IMG/VR virus record: IMGVR_UViG_3300036778_000028
Span: 1-34,894 of that record
Direction: 5' to 3' (one strand)
From: a virus
Lineage: Duplodnaviria > Caudoviricetes
DNA: 34,894 nt
Shown: piece after piece, positions 18,442 through 27,651 of the stretch
Position numbering within the stretch: the stretch's first letter is position 1
Layout of the letters: each line of letters opens with the position of its first letter
Made by a program: the position numbers and the translations under genes
Notes under the pieces: generated by a model
The model's database searches: none
Seen by the model: only the letters and a program-made list of their open reading frames with translations
Told to the model about the DNA's origin: nothing

Positions 18442-19275
18442 TCAGCAGTTAGTCACAGTGCCAGCCGGAGCGTCACCGCCCGGCGCGCGCTGGCGGTAAT
18501 CCTTGCGGCTGTCTTCGGTGCTCAACTGCAGCTCCAGCGCCGCAAAATCGGCCTGCTGTTTTTGCAGTGAGGTTTCCAGCGAAGACAGGCGGGTTTCTTG
18601 CTCAGTCAGGGATTTGTCCGTGCGTTCGCTAAAGCTCTGCTGCTCTGTAGCAACCAGCTCCACAGCTTTATGCACATCTGAGAAACGCGCGTCATCGGTC
18701 TGCTCTTTTTTGGCAAACAGCGCGGTCACGCGGGAAAAGAGGGATGGCTTGTCGTCCTGGGTAACGTCGAGTTCGATAACCGTTTCGGCGGCTGCGGAAA
18801 ACAGATTTTCCGGGTTCTGCTTACGGTTTGCCAGCGGGTTATGGGTCGCGGTGGCGCTAAAGGTCAGCATTTCCGTGCCCAGGCTTGCCGGGTCATCCGT
18901 TGCCGCCAGACCGACCAGATAGGCCTTGCCGGAATCGGCAAACTGCGGGCTGACTTCCATTGAGGTAAAGAGCTTCTGCCCTTTCTTAACCAGGGCGATC
19001 AGCGCATCCGTCGGGGCCACATCGGCATAGAGCGCCATCTTGCCTGCCATTGGACCGTCTTTGATTTCCTCAGCCACCAGAGCAGACACCGTGCCGTAAC
19101 GGTTAAAGGTGCTGTCCGGCAGATAAGACTTGATGTGCTCAAGGTTAATCTGCGCGGTGTAGAGCGCCGGGTTGTAACTGGCTGCCATCTGCACCAGCCA
19201 GTCACGCTGGATTTCGCGTCCGTCAGTGGTGGCACCTTCCACCCCGATGCGGAAACGCTTTGCTTTCGCTGTCAT
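18442..19275 (-). CDS. O: Capsid scaffolding protein/protease O
   Basis: MTAKAKRFRIGVEGATTDGR...INLEH...YLVGLAATDDPASLGTE; ATG at 19275. Confidence 0.94.
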   Translation of the reverse strand: MTAKAKRFRIGVEGATTDGREIQRDWLVQMAASYNPALYTAQINLEHIKSYLPDSTFNRYGTVSALVAEEIKDGPMAGKMALYADVAPTDALIALVKKGQKLFTSMEVSPQFADSGKAYLVGLAATDDPASLGTEMLTFSATATHNPLANRKQNPENLFSAAAETVIELDVTQDDKPSLFSRVTALFAKKEQTDDARFSDVHKAVELVATEQQSFSERTDKSLTEQETRLSSLETSLQKQQADFAALELQLSTEDSRKDYRQRAPGGDAPAGTVTNC

Positions 19276-19352
19276 GAGCCATGCTCCGTTAGAAAAACTT
19301 ACTGGAGCCTTATGTTTGCTGGGATGGTGGGAGTGAAACAACGCGCGGGCTT

Positions 19353-19370
19353 TGTGGGGTTCACCACACA
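19353..19370 (-). promoter_or_regulatory. Ogr-binding site in the divergent pO/pP late promoter region (TGT-N12-ACA)
   Basis: TGT-GGGGTTCACCAC-ACA; shares the CGGGCTTTGTG context with the pF site. Confidence 0.78.
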
Positions 19371-19416
19371 AAACGCAGCCGGGGAAAGGCATCAGGCAAG
19401 GCCGTAGGCTTGTGCC

Positions 19417-21183
19417 ATGGACATGACACTGACACCCGCAGATCTCGATCCCCGTCGGCAGGCTATGATGCTGTACTTTCAGGGATACCGCGTAGCCCGC
19501 ATTGCCGAAATGCTGGGCGAGAAAGTTGCAACCGTACACAGCTGGAAGAAGCGCGACAAGTGGGGCGAGTATGGCCCGCTGGATCAGATGCAGCTCACCA
19601 CTGCCGCGCGCTATTGCCATCTCATCATGAAGGAGCAGAAAGAAGGGAAAGACTTCAAAGAGATAGACCTGCTGGCGCGTCAGTCAGAACGCCATGCCCG
19701 CATTGGCAAATTTAACGACGGCGGCAACGAGGCCGACCTTAACCCCAACGTGGCGAACCGCAATAAAGGCCCGCGCAAGCCAGCGGAAAAGAACGTATTC
19801 AGTGACGAACAGACCGAAAAACTGCAGGAGATTTTCCACAGCTCGATGTTCGCCTATCAGCGCCACTGGTGGGAGGCAGGCAACCGTCACCGCATCCGTA
19901 ACCTGCTCAAGTCCCGCCAGATTGGCGCGACCTTCTTTTTTGCCCGCGAGGCGCTGATTGATGCCATCACCACCGGGCGCAACCAGATTTTCCTTTCAGC
20001 CAGTAAGGCCCAGGCGCACGTCTTTAAGCAGTACATTATCGACTTCGCTAAAGAGGTTGATGTGGAGCTTAAAGGTGATCCGATGGTGCTGCCCAACGGC
20101 GCAACGCTCTATTTTCTTGGCACCAACGCGCGCACCGCGCAGAGCTATCACGGCAACCTGTACCTGGATGAATATTTCTGGATCCCGAAATTTCAGGAGC
20201 TGCGCAAAGTCGCCTCCGGCATGGCGATCCATAAGCGCTGGCGGCAGACCTACTTTTCCACTCCATCGAGCCTGACACACAGCGCCTATCCGTTCTGGTC
20301 CGGCGCGCTGTTCAACCGGGGCCGCAGCAAAGCCGACAAAGTAGATATTGACCTGACCCACGGCGGCCTGGCTCCCGGCCTGCTCTGCCCGGACGGGCAA
20401 TACCGCCAGATTGTCACCGTGGAGGACGCGGTACGCGGCGGCTGCAACCTGTTCGACCTCGACCAGCTGCGCATGGAGTACAGCCCGGACGAATACCAGA
20501 ACCTGCTGATGTGCGAATTTATCGACGATCTCGCGTCGGTATTCCCGCTCAGTGAGCTGCAGGCGTGCATGGTGGATAGCTGGGAGGTGTGGGCAGATTT
20601 TCAGGCCCTGGCTCTGCGCCCGTTTGGCTGGCGTGAAGTCTGGATCGGTTACGACCCGGCGAAGGGCACGCAGAACGGTGACAGCGCCGGATGCGTGGTT
20701 ATGGCTCCGCCAACGGTGCCGGGCGGCAAGTTCCGCATTCTGGAGCGCCATCAGTGGCGCGGCATGGACTTTCGCGCCCAGGCCGACGCCATTAAACAGC
20801 TCACGCAGCAGTACAACGTGACCTACATCGGCATCGACTCAACGGGCGTAGGGCATGGCGTGTATGAGAACGTGAAAGCGTTCTTCCCTGCCGTGCGCGA
20901 GTTCGTCTACAACCCGAACGTGAAAAACGCCCTGGTGCTCAAGGCGTACGACATTATCAGCCACCGCCGCCTGGAGTTCGACGCCGGGCACACCGACATT
21001 GCGCAGTCATTTATGGCAATCCGCCGGGCCACCACCGCCAGCGGCAACCGCCCGACTTACGAAGCCAGCCGCAGCGAAGAAGCCAGCCACGCAGATTTGG
21101 CCTGGGCGACGATGCACGCGCTGTTTAACGAACCGCTGCAGGGCGAGGCCGCCAATACCAGCAACATTGTGGAGATTTTTTGA
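19417..21183 (+). CDS. P: Terminase large (ATPase) subunit P
   Basis: KSRQIGAT Walker A-like, LYLDE Walker B, IGYDP nuclease motif; 588 aa. Confidence 0.97.
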   Translation: MDMTLTPADLDPRRQAMMLYFQGYRVARIAEMLGEKVATVHSWKKRDKWGEYGPLDQMQLTTAARYCHLIMKEQKEGKDFKEIDLLARQSERHARIGKFNDGGNEADLNPNVANRNKGPRKPAEKNVFSDEQTEKLQEIFHSSMFAYQRHWWEAGNRHRIRNLLKSRQIGATFFFAREALIDAITTGRNQIFLSASKAQAHVFKQYIIDFAKEVDVELKGDPMVLPNGATLYFLGTNARTAQSYHGNLYLDEYFWIPKFQELRKVASGMAIHKRWRQTYFSTPSSLTHSAYPFWSGALFNRGRSKADKVDIDLTHGGLAPGLLCPDGQYRQIVTVEDAVRGGCNLFDLDQLRMEYSPDEYQNLLMCEFIDDLASVFPLSELQACMVDSWEVWADFQALALRPFGWREVWIGYDPAKGTQNGDSAGCVVMAPPTVPGGKFRILERHQWRGMDFRAQADAIKQLTQQYNVTYIGIDSTGVGHGVYENVKAFFPAVREFVYNPNVKNALVLKAYDIISHRRLEFDAGHTDIAQSFMAIRRATTASGNRPTYEASRSEEASHADLAWATMHALFNEPLQGEAANTSNIVEIF

Positions 21184-22229
21184 TGAGTGAACACGACGCC
21201 CTGGCCAGCACCGCGCCAGCGGAAGTAACTGCCCAGCCAACCACCGCTATGTCTGCTGAGGCGTTCAGCTTTGGCGATCCGATCCCGGTACTGGACCGCC
21301 GCGAGCTGCTCGACTACGTAGAATGCGTACAGATGGATAAATGGTATGAACCGCCCGTGAGCTTTGACGGCCTGGCGCGCACCTACCGCGCCGCCGTGCA
21401 TCACAGCTCACCGATTGCTGTTAAGCGCAACATCCTGACCAGCACGTTCATTCCACACCCGCTATTGAGTCAGCAAGCATTCAGCCGCTTCGTGCAGGAT
21501 TATCTGGTGTTCGGTAACGCCTATCTGGAGAAGCGGACGAACCGGCTGGGTGGCATTCTGTCGCTGGAGCCATCACTGGCGAAATATACCCGCCGCGGGA
21601 TCGATCTCGACACTTACTGGTTTGTGCAATACGGCATGACCACGCAGCCCTACGAGTTCACCAAAGGCAGCATCTTCCACCTGATGGAGCCGGACCTGAA
21701 TCAGGAGATTTACGGCCTGCCGGAATACCTGTCAGCCATCCCGTCCGCCCTGCTGAGTGAGTCCGCCACGCTGTTCCGCCGGAAATACTACATCAACGGC
21801 AGCCACGCGGGCTTCATCATGTACATGACTGACGCCGCGCAGAACCAGGAGGACGTGAACAACATCCGCCAGGCCATGAAAAGCGCCAAAGGGCCGGGCA
21901 ACTTCCGCAACCTGTTTATGTACTCGCCCAACGGCAAAAAGGACGGTATCCAGATCATCCCGCTGTCAGAGGTAGCGGCAAAGGATGAGTTTCTGAATAT
22001 CAAGAACGTGAGCCGCGATGACATGATGGCAGCGCACCGCGTGCCACCTCAGATGATGGGGATTATGCCAAGTAATGTTGGGGGGTTTGGGGATGTGGAG
22101 AAAGCGGCAAATGTGTTTGTGCGGAATGAGTTAATTCCCTTACAAAAGAGATTGGATGAATTTAACACATGGATTGGTGAAAAAATAATAAAATTCGGTC
22201 AATACAATTTAAATACAAACAACAAATAA
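21180..22229 (+). CDS. Q: Portal protein Q
   Basis: AFSFGDP.PVLD...YGLPEY...SAKGPGNFRNLF...AHRVPPQMMG; the true start may be ATG 21183. Confidence 0.96.
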   Translation: MMSEHDALASTAPAEVTAQPTTAMSAEAFSFGDPIPVLDRRELLDYVECVQMDKWYEPPVSFDGLARTYRAAVHHSSPIAVKRNILTSTFIPHPLLSQQAFSRFVQDYLVFGNAYLEKRTNRLGGILSLEPSLAKYTRRGIDLDTYWFVQYGMTTQPYEFTKGSIFHLMEPDLNQEIYGLPEYLSAIPSALLSESATLFRRKYYINGSHAGFIMYMTDAAQNQEDVNNIRQAMKSAKGPGNFRNLFMYSPNGKKDGIQIIPLSEVAAKDEFLNIKNVSRDDMMAAHRVPPQMMGIMPSNVGGFGDVEKAANVFVRNELIPLQKRLDEFNTWIGEKIIKFGQYNLNTNNK

Positions 22230-22235
22230 CCAAAG

Positions 22236-22257
22236 GGAGACGAAATAAATCGTCTCC
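22236..22257. terminator. Hairpin between the convergent Q and moron genes
   Basis: GGAGACGA-AATAAA-TCGTCTCC, perfect 8-bp stem. Confidence 0.7.
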
Positions 22258-22263
22258 ACCATT

Positions 22264-22566
22264 TTAGAATTTTATATCTAAATTTGAAGCCTGAGCCTCA
22301 TCATATAACACTCTGACCGTATCATATTGTGTCTCATACATATTTGTAGAAAACCTATAAGATTGATTATTTTTATTATCAAAATAATCTACATGTAGAT
22401 ATGAAGTCCCTGTATCACTATCAAATCGTGAAAGTATGTTTACTGAAAAGTGGGGCAACGACGCAGAAACTTTATCATTGTAATAATCAAAGCTCCATGT
22501 TACCTGCCCTAACCGCGTCATTTCGATCAGTTTATTGACCATGTTATAAATATTAACTGGCAGCAT
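22264..22566 (-). CDS. Hypothetical 100-aa soluble protein (moron gene 2)
   Basis: AT-rich ORF; GGAGG RBS; 14-nt overlap with the upstream gene. Confidence 0.75.
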   Translation of the reverse strand: MLPVNIYNMVNKLIEMTRLGQVTWSFDYYNDKVSASLPHFSVNILSRFDSDTGTSYLHVDYFDNKNNQSYRFSTNMYETQYDTVRVLYDEAQASNLDIKF

Positions 22567-23164
22567 TTTTGGAGCCTCCTAATTCAGACTGTTTACTAAC
22601 AAAAAAACGTTTAGCATCTATCAACCCATCGTTTAAATCAATCATAACTTTGTTTGGTATCATTGCTGATTGTTTTGTATACCTCAAAGCAGAGATGTTT
22701 TTTTCAATGTTATTTATTTTATCTATAACATCGGAATCATCTCCACCATAGTATTCAATATAGTTGGACTTTACACGTTTATGAATTCTATAAAAAGAAG
22801 ACAACTGCCTTAAAGCTACCGTGAAACTTTTGTTATCAACATCAGCAATGAGATAATCAAGCACAGTAACCAGTTCACTCATTAACAATTCAAATTCTTT
22901 ATCTTTAAAATTCCCAAGCATTTCACTTGCTTGCTTATGCAGACTCTTACTAACTACTACACCATGCATAACCTCTAAAAATGTAATAATTAAGCCTAAT
23001 ATTGTAACCACTGTCCCCATGTAACCGAGTAAGTTAAATCGAGACATATCGTTAAGTATAAATGAACGCCCAAACCATGCGAACACCATTATAACTACGA
23101 AAATGGCCGTATATAAAACTCTAATTTTGTTGTCACAAAGCTTGTCTTTTATCATTTTACTCAT
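22553..23164 (-). CDS. Hypothetical protein with two N-terminal TM helices (moron gene 1)
   Basis: AT-rich ORF; likely start ATG 23164 or 23155 because the longer frame runs through cos; two hydrophobic segments then a helical soluble domain. Confidence 0.75.
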   Translation of the reverse strand: MSKMIKDKLCDNKIRVLYTAIFVVIMVFAWFGRSFILNDMSRFNLLGYMGTVVTILGLIITFLEVMHGVVVSKSLHKQASEMLGNFKDKEFELLMSELVTVLDYLIADVDNKSFTVALRQLSSFYRIHKRVKSNYIEYYGGDDSDVIDKINNIEKNISALRYTKQSAMIPNKVMIDLNDGLIDAKRFFVSKQSELGGSKNAAS

Positions 23165-23223
23165 CCACCACAAACCTGTCATTCCCAGATAAGGCAAGTT
23201 AATAATATCACAACGAATGCGCG

Positions 23224-23242
23224 CTCGTATCCCCGCCACGCC
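23224..23242 (-). other. cos site (19-nt cohesive end)
   Basis: Minus strand GGCGTGGCGGGGATACGAG resembles the P2/186 cohesive end (GGCG[A/T]GGCGGGGAAAGCA..); followed by CATGC-rich repeats and a hairpin at 23292-23311. Confidence 0.85.
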
Positions 23243-23375
23243 TGCCCGCTTTGTGTAGCGGTTTTCATGCGCCTGCATGGCATAAGTAAAAGCTCGCCAG
23301 TTCTGGCGGGCCTCGGCAAAAAAGATCCTCAAACGATCATGCGGATTCATGCAGCATAGTCATGCAGTCAGCTCA

Positions 23376-23419
23376 CAAAAATCAAAAGCGCTATTAAGGA
23401 CATCCTACAGCGCTTTTGA
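23376..23419 (-). terminator. Rho-independent terminator of the hcp module
   Basis: TCAAAAGCGCT...AGCGCTTTTGA 11-bp inverted repeat followed by TTTTTG, 10 nt after the last stop codon. Confidence 0.7.
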
Positions 23420-23429
23420 GGATACTGGC

Positions 23430-23762
23430 TCAACCATAAAGCCAAACACCCACCCTTGCCGATTCGGCAAGCATACGAAGCGTTAGCGGCTCTGGTTCGT
23501 CGTCGTCCTTTCCACTCGTGAACAGCGCATACAGAAAGAAAGTTTCAACAGGCCAGTATCTGTAAAAATCAAAACTGGCAGAGTCAACGTCGAACCGTTC
23601 GAAGTACTCACTCATAATCTCTGCGCCTGTCTCACTCGCCCAAACATAGTTTCCCGTGCTCAGGCTCGTATCTAACGTGACAGGCCAGCGTTTTTTAGAG
23701 AACAAGCCCGGTTTATTAAACCGTTCGCCGTACCAAGCCAAAACATCATCATCAGTTACCAT
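23430..23762 (-). CDS. DUF1493-like small protein (candidate immunity protein)
   Basis: VTLDTSL...YFERFDVD...FDFYRYWP...PLTLRMLAESARVGVWLY pattern recalled for DUF1493; overlaps the upstream gene. Confidence 0.72.
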   Translation of the reverse strand: MVTDDDVLAWYGERFNKPGLFSKKRWPVTLDTSLSTGNYVWASETGAEIMSEYFERFDVDSASFDFYRYWPVETFFLYALFTSGKDDDEPEPLTLRMLAESARVGVWLYG

Positions 23763-24202
23763 AGCTTGTCGTTTCCTCTGGCTATGGTGTTGTATTTCGT
23801 GGTCACCCGGTACGCAATTTGAGCAACGTCGTTGGCAATGATGACTTCACCGATAATCGGGATCCAGCGCCCGACGAATGCACCCAAATTGGTTACATAG
23901 GCAAACTTCATCCTTTTGATACTGCCTGTTGTCAGGGTGGGTAGTCGTCTGGTTTCGACGTTCAGCCAATGACGCAACTGAGAACTAAGGGGGGACGTAC
24001 CCGGTGTTGCCCGGGCCGGCTTCCCTCTTGTGGGTATATCAGGCTGACCTAACAAAATCAGCGCAACGGTGAATAAATCCCCCGTTCCGAGTTGTTCAGC
24101 TGTTTCGTCGAGAAATAGCCAGAACAGAAGTTCACCAGCAGATAGATTAGAAAATCCCCTGTAGAAATACGTTCCGTTGAGTTCTTCTACTGAATCCATC
24201 AT
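23756..24202 (-). CDS. STM2901-like protein (candidate Hcp-associated effector)
   Basis: MDSVEELNGTYFY.G.SNL...TRGKP..ATPGTS...NLGAFVGRWIP.IG recalled for the STM2901 family. Confidence 0.7.
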   Translation of the reverse strand: MMDSVEELNGTYFYRGFSNLSAGELLFWLFLDETAEQLGTGDLFTVALILLGQPDIPTRGKPARATPGTSPLSSQLRHWLNVETRRLPTLTTGSIKRMKFAYVTNLGAFVGRWIPIIGEVIIANDVAQIAYRVTTKYNTIARGNDKLW

Positions 24203-24209
24203 TTACCGC

Positions 24210-24695
24210 CTATCCGGTTACACGCTCATTCCACGCATCCGTGAATTGGATGTTGCCATCAACATAACGCCATGTGATTTTTGCATAACGTAGTTGAACC
24301 TGCTCACGGTGACCAACGTTAATCACTGTTTTGGTATCGTGCATCATTGGAGTTATTGAAACAATCTTCACCCCCTCAAGCAGCATGTTGTAATACTCAA
24401 CTTCCTGGCCTGCGTCATTGATGCGATACCACTTGAACTCAGCACTTTCCAGTGTTTGGCCTGTAGCCACGGCTTTAAACAGATACGGCGATGAGCTATC
24501 AAACTCTTTCTCAAAAATAAGCGCGCCATGCACGCGTGTCCCCGTCAACTTTCCGGTGTTGTTGTCTGTGGGAATGTACAGATTATGGCTGAATGAAGTG
24601 ACTTCGATGGAATATTCGCGGTTCTGTACATCGACGGAACCCTTGATAAGTGCACCACCATCATCTTTCAACCAAAGATAAGTTGGAATTGCCAT
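24210..24695 (-). CDS. hcp: Type VI secretion Hcp (TssD) tube protein, orphan
   Basis: MAIPTYLWLKDDGGALIKGSVDVQNRE.SIEV...TGKLTGTRVH...KEFDSSSPYL.KAV..GQTL..AEFKWYRIND.GQEVEYY...L.Y.KITW; 161 aa. Confidence 0.95.
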   Translation of the reverse strand: MAIPTYLWLKDDGGALIKGSVDVQNREYSIEVTSFSHNLYIPTDNNTGKLTGTRVHGALIFEKEFDSSSPYLFKAVATGQTLESAEFKWYRINDAGQEVEYYNMLLEGVKIVSITPMMHDTKTVINVGHREQVQLRYAKITWRYVDGNIQFTDAWNERVTG

Positions 24696-24870
24696 AGATT
24701 AATAATCCCTCATATTTTTTACGGATAAATTCATGAGCAAGTCTAATCTTTCGGCGCTGGCGGGTAAATGAGCAATTCAATCTAACAAGCTGATTTAAGT
24801 GGCACTTAAATAAAATTAAGTGGAAATGATATTTAAGAACTAACGCCTCGCTACTCTCGTTGTTCAACCT

Positions 24871-24903
24871 TGCTGACGTCAGAAGCAAGTTCTCACGCCA
24901 GCA
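24871..24903 (-). repeat. Inverted repeat/hairpin at the border of the hotspot insertion
   Basis: TGCTGGCGTGAGAA-CTTGC-TTCTGACGTCAGCA: 14-bp stem with one G-U pair and one mismatch. Confidence 0.75.
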
Positions 24904-24915
24904 ACGTTCCTTTGA

Positions 24916-25104
24916 CTAACCGGGAAGATCCATCGAGCGGTTGTACTCATGAGCACGGATTTTCGCCATCAGCTCATCGGTCAATTCCGAAACCCACTGG
25001 ATAGCCAGCCGCTTTTCTTCATCGTCACACTCACTAGCCGCTACAAGCTTGATAAAAAAATCTATGCGCTGGAGCTTCAACGACTCCAAAAAATAGTCCT
25101 GCAT
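24916..25104 (-). CDS. tum: Tum-like SOS antirepressor (N-terminal domain only)
   Basis: MQDYFLESLKLQRIDFFIKLVAASECDDEEKRLAIQWVSEL resembles the recalled 186 Tum N-terminus; GAGGAGG RBS; downstream of A with a LexA box. Confidence 0.7.
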   Translation of the reverse strand: MQDYFLESLKLQRIDFFIKLVAASECDDEEKRLAIQWVSELTDELMAKIRAHEYNRSMDLPG

Positions 25105-25152
25105 CTTCCCTCCTCTCGATACTACTGAACAAATAAACTGTATATATATCCA

Positions 25153-25168
25153 CTGTTTATATATACAG
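25153..25168. promoter_or_regulatory. LexA (SOS) box of the tum promoter
   Basis: CTGTTTATATATACAG = CTG-N10-CAG, near consensus; adjacent imperfect box CTGTATATATATCCAC at 25138-25153. Confidence 0.9.
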
Positions 25169-25260
25169 TACATAATACATTTCAGATTGTAAAATGCTTT
25201 TTGCTCTTTCCTTCAGATATCTCCTATGTCGCAGTGGTCAGCACATAACCAACCTGATTG

Positions 25261-27651
25261 TCATGTGTACCATTGTCGCCATTTATCATCTTCCTGCAGA
25301 CGCTGATTCCGGTAGAAAAGGCGCAGCCCTGCGCCAGACGGAATGCTGCCGCCACGCAGAAGCAGGTCCACCTCTGTTTCACTCGCATCGAACCCTCTGG
25401 ACCACAGTTCGGCATCAAGCTGCTGACGCTGGTGATCGGTAATTTCCTGTTTGTACCCTTTCCGCCGCTTCGGTTTTACCAGCCTCAGCCGTGCTGTCAG
25501 CTCTCGCCGTTCCTTAGCGCTCATGCCGTGGAGATCTGGCAGCGCCTGCGGCTCTTTGTTGTCGGGTAATTCGCCCCCTGATTGGTTCAAAATTTCAACA
25601 GGGGGACAGTTATTGCCACGAGTCCAAGGGGCGCAAGCGCCCTGGTCGGCTGTCGCCTCCTGAACGTCAACGGCCTTACGAACCATTTTCCACTTGATGG
25701 CGTGCGTGCAAATTCGGCCCTCAACAATCGGGGACCAGATGCCATAGATACGGATGCCGTGATCGCCGTAGGCGCTCGGCTCGTCGTTAAGCTCGTATGC
25801 CGTCCTGACGAGATGATGTTTACGGGGAACCAGCACACCGCCCTGCTTCATGATGTAGGTAGCAAAGCACCCCGCATCCGCAGCCGCCAGCACGGCGTCC
25901 AAACGGGCATTTTCCAGAACCGGCGCACCTGCTTTTTTATCGCCCTGCGCTCTGCCAGCCTGTCCTGCCAGCAGACGCAGCTCGCGGTAAGCCTGGCGGC
26001 CCGGAATGCCAAAGAAACGGAACTGCTGAACACGATGCAGTGACGCCCAGGCGGTGACGTGCTCCGCGCTGTCCCGAAGTGATCTGCCCGTTTCCTTGCT
26101 GACTTCTTTAGCCAGCCCGCGCCCGTCGATGTTCTTGCTGATGTATTTAGCGATGTAGCTGGTCGGCGTGCCTTTGCGCGGGTTGATCAGCTCAGACTTG
26201 AAGCGCGGCCCGGTATTTTTGCCCAGCTCCTCGCGGTCTTCGCGGGTGGCAAATTTACGCAGCAGCGCGGTGATGGAGCGGCGGTCTTTTTTACGCATGA
26301 AGCACAGCAGGTGCCAGTGCACGGTGCCGTCATGGTGTGGCTCTGCAACCCGGACGCCATACCAGCGCAGCCCGGCTTTGTGCATGGCCTTGCGGAACGC
26401 CGCGAACGTTTCAACCAGATAATCACTGCTCTGCCGGACCGTTTCGCTGGTCCACTTCGGATTGGGCCTGCCGTTGTTGAGGGTGGCGTGGAAGCGGGAC
26501 GGGCAAGTGATGGTATAGAACACGGCGCAGTCGCTGCGCATTTCAGCAATCAGCTCCAGCCCTTTGACGCAGGTCATCATTTCGTTGCGGCGGTGTGCCG
26601 GGTTGCTGTTGCTGGCATTCACCACCTCTTCCATATCCAGCGTATCACCGTCGGCGTTTACCAGCTCATGCGACTTGAAAAACTCCAGTGATTTGCGGCG
26701 CTGTTCGCGCTTATGGATCACAGCTTCATAGCTGACATACGGGGAGGCTTTCTTGTTGACCAGGCAAGCGGCACGCAGTTGTTCCTCTCGCCATTCGCAG
26801 CGCATCTGCCAAAGTTTGCGATACCACCAATCCGCGCAAAGCATACGCGCGAGCGATCCCGGGATGAGGTCATAAGGCACTGGCTTGCGGCGGCGACGCT
26901 TTCGGCGCAGTTGCTCAAACGCAGGTGGGATCACATCCAGCCGCATTGCCTCAGCAGCCACCCTTTCCCACGCCTGGCGGATTTCTTCTGGTTTCACGTC
27001 GTCCGTTACGAAAAGATCACCACAGGCCGCATCCAGACACATGCTCATATGCGCCGCAACCAGCGTAGACAGGCGTTTTACCTGGTCCTGGCTCATTTCA
27101 GGCAGGACCAGCAGCCCCTCCAGACCGTCATGGCTTGCCATGAACCGGGAGGAAGCAGACACCTGGCTGTCACGCACCCGCGCCAGGCGCTCAAGGCATG
27201 GCCTGATAGTTTCGCGCAGATAACGGGAATAAGCCTTTGCCCGGCCCAGGCCGTGAAAGTATTTAATCCGCTCCAGCAGCGGCTTGCTGATGTGGGACGG
27301 CTGCGCGCTTACATCGGCGATGATCACCAAATCGGGATTAACACGCTGCTGCTCACGGGCCATTTTGGCCCGGCTGATGAGGTTATCCTGCTCCATTTCA
27401 CGCTGGACAGGATCACGGGACTCATTGAAGAAATAACGCTCCCAGACCTCATCACTCAGCGCCTCACGGCGCAGCTGTTCCTGCTCATTGTCGGCAGCGT
27501 ACAGAGTGATCAGGTTTGAAAGCGCAGAACCCGGCGCAACTTCTGCCGGGTCAAGGTATGGGTTAACTGCTTTCTTTGGTGCATTCCAGGCAAAAGCAGC
27601 AGCGGCGGCATCACATGCACCGCCGTAGTTTTTAACTTCGTGATGGCTCAC
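25261..27651 (-). CDS. A: Rolling-circle replication initiator A (HUH endonuclease)
   Basis: [22 protein letters not shown] (HUH), [12 protein letters not shown] (twin Tyr); 796 aa. Confidence 0.97.
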   Translation of the reverse strand: MSHHEVKNYGGACDAAAAAFAWNAPKKAVNPYLDPAEVAPGSALSNLITLYAADNEQEQLRREALSDEVWERYFFNESRDPVQREMEQDNLISRAKMAREQQRVNPDLVIIADVSAQPSHISKPLLERIKYFHGLGRAKAYSRYLRETIRPCLERLARVRDSQVSASSRFMASHDGLEGLLVLPEMSQDQVKRLSTLVAAHMSMCLDAACGDLFVTDDVKPEEIRQAWERVAAEAMRLDVIPPAFEQLRRKRRRRKPVPYDLIPGSLARMLCADWWYRKLWQMRCEWREEQLRAACLVNKKASPYVSYEAVIHKREQRRKSLEFFKSHELVNADGDTLDMEEVVNASNSNPAHRRNEMMTCVKGLELIAEMRSDCAVFYTITCPSRFHATLNNGRPNPKWTSETVRQSSDYLVETFAAFRKAMHKAGLRWYGVRVAEPHHDGTVHWHLLCFMRKKDRRSITALLRKFATREDREELGKNTGPRFKSELINPRKGTPTSYIAKYISKNIDGRGLAKEVSKETGRSLRDSAEHVTAWASLHRVQQFRFFGIPGRQAYRELRLLAGQAGRAQGDKKAGAPVLENARLDAVLAAADAGCFATYIMKQGGVLVPRKHHLVRTAYELNDEPSAYGDHGIRIYGIWSPIVEGRICTHAIKWKMVRKAVDVQEATADQGACAPWTRGNNCPPVEILNQSGGELPDNKEPQALPDLHGMSAKERRELTARLRLVKPKRRKGYKQEITDHQRQQLDAELWSRGFDASETEVDLLLRGGSIPSGAGLRLFYRNQRLQEDDKWRQWYT
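25606..25634 (-). other. Putative replication origin (A nick site) inside gene A
   Basis: Minus strand GCGCCCCTTG^GACTCGTGGCAATAACTGT resembles P2 ori GCGCCTCG^GAGTCCTGTCAATAACTGT at the equivalent position in A. Confidence 0.75.

Noticed and set aside
19276-19620. N-terminal extension of O in the ORF track (392 aa)
   Set aside because: Runs through the divergent late promoters and into P; the conserved O sequence begins at ATG 19275
23165-23350. N-terminal extension of the 2-TM moron gene (265-aa version)
   Set aside because: Crosses cos and its flanking repeats; the AT-rich coding character only begins near 23,200
23255-23375. CATGC repeats near cos, and the GTGGCGACA pair near att, as CRISPR or iteron arrays
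   Set aside because: Too short and irregular, with no spacers; better explained as packaging and Int-arm sites
24210-24695. Hcp as the phage's real tail tube, or part of a full T6SS
   Set aside because: A canonical FII tube is present in the tail operon, and no other T6SS genes are in the window
24661-24888. 75-aa ORF between tum and hcp as a DinI-like gene
   Set aside because: No DinI resemblance, starts inside the hairpin without an RBS, and overlaps hcp
25582-27519. Plus-strand ORFs inside gene A (e.g. 26713-27519)
   Set aside because: Antisense to a well-supported gene, with no independent evidence
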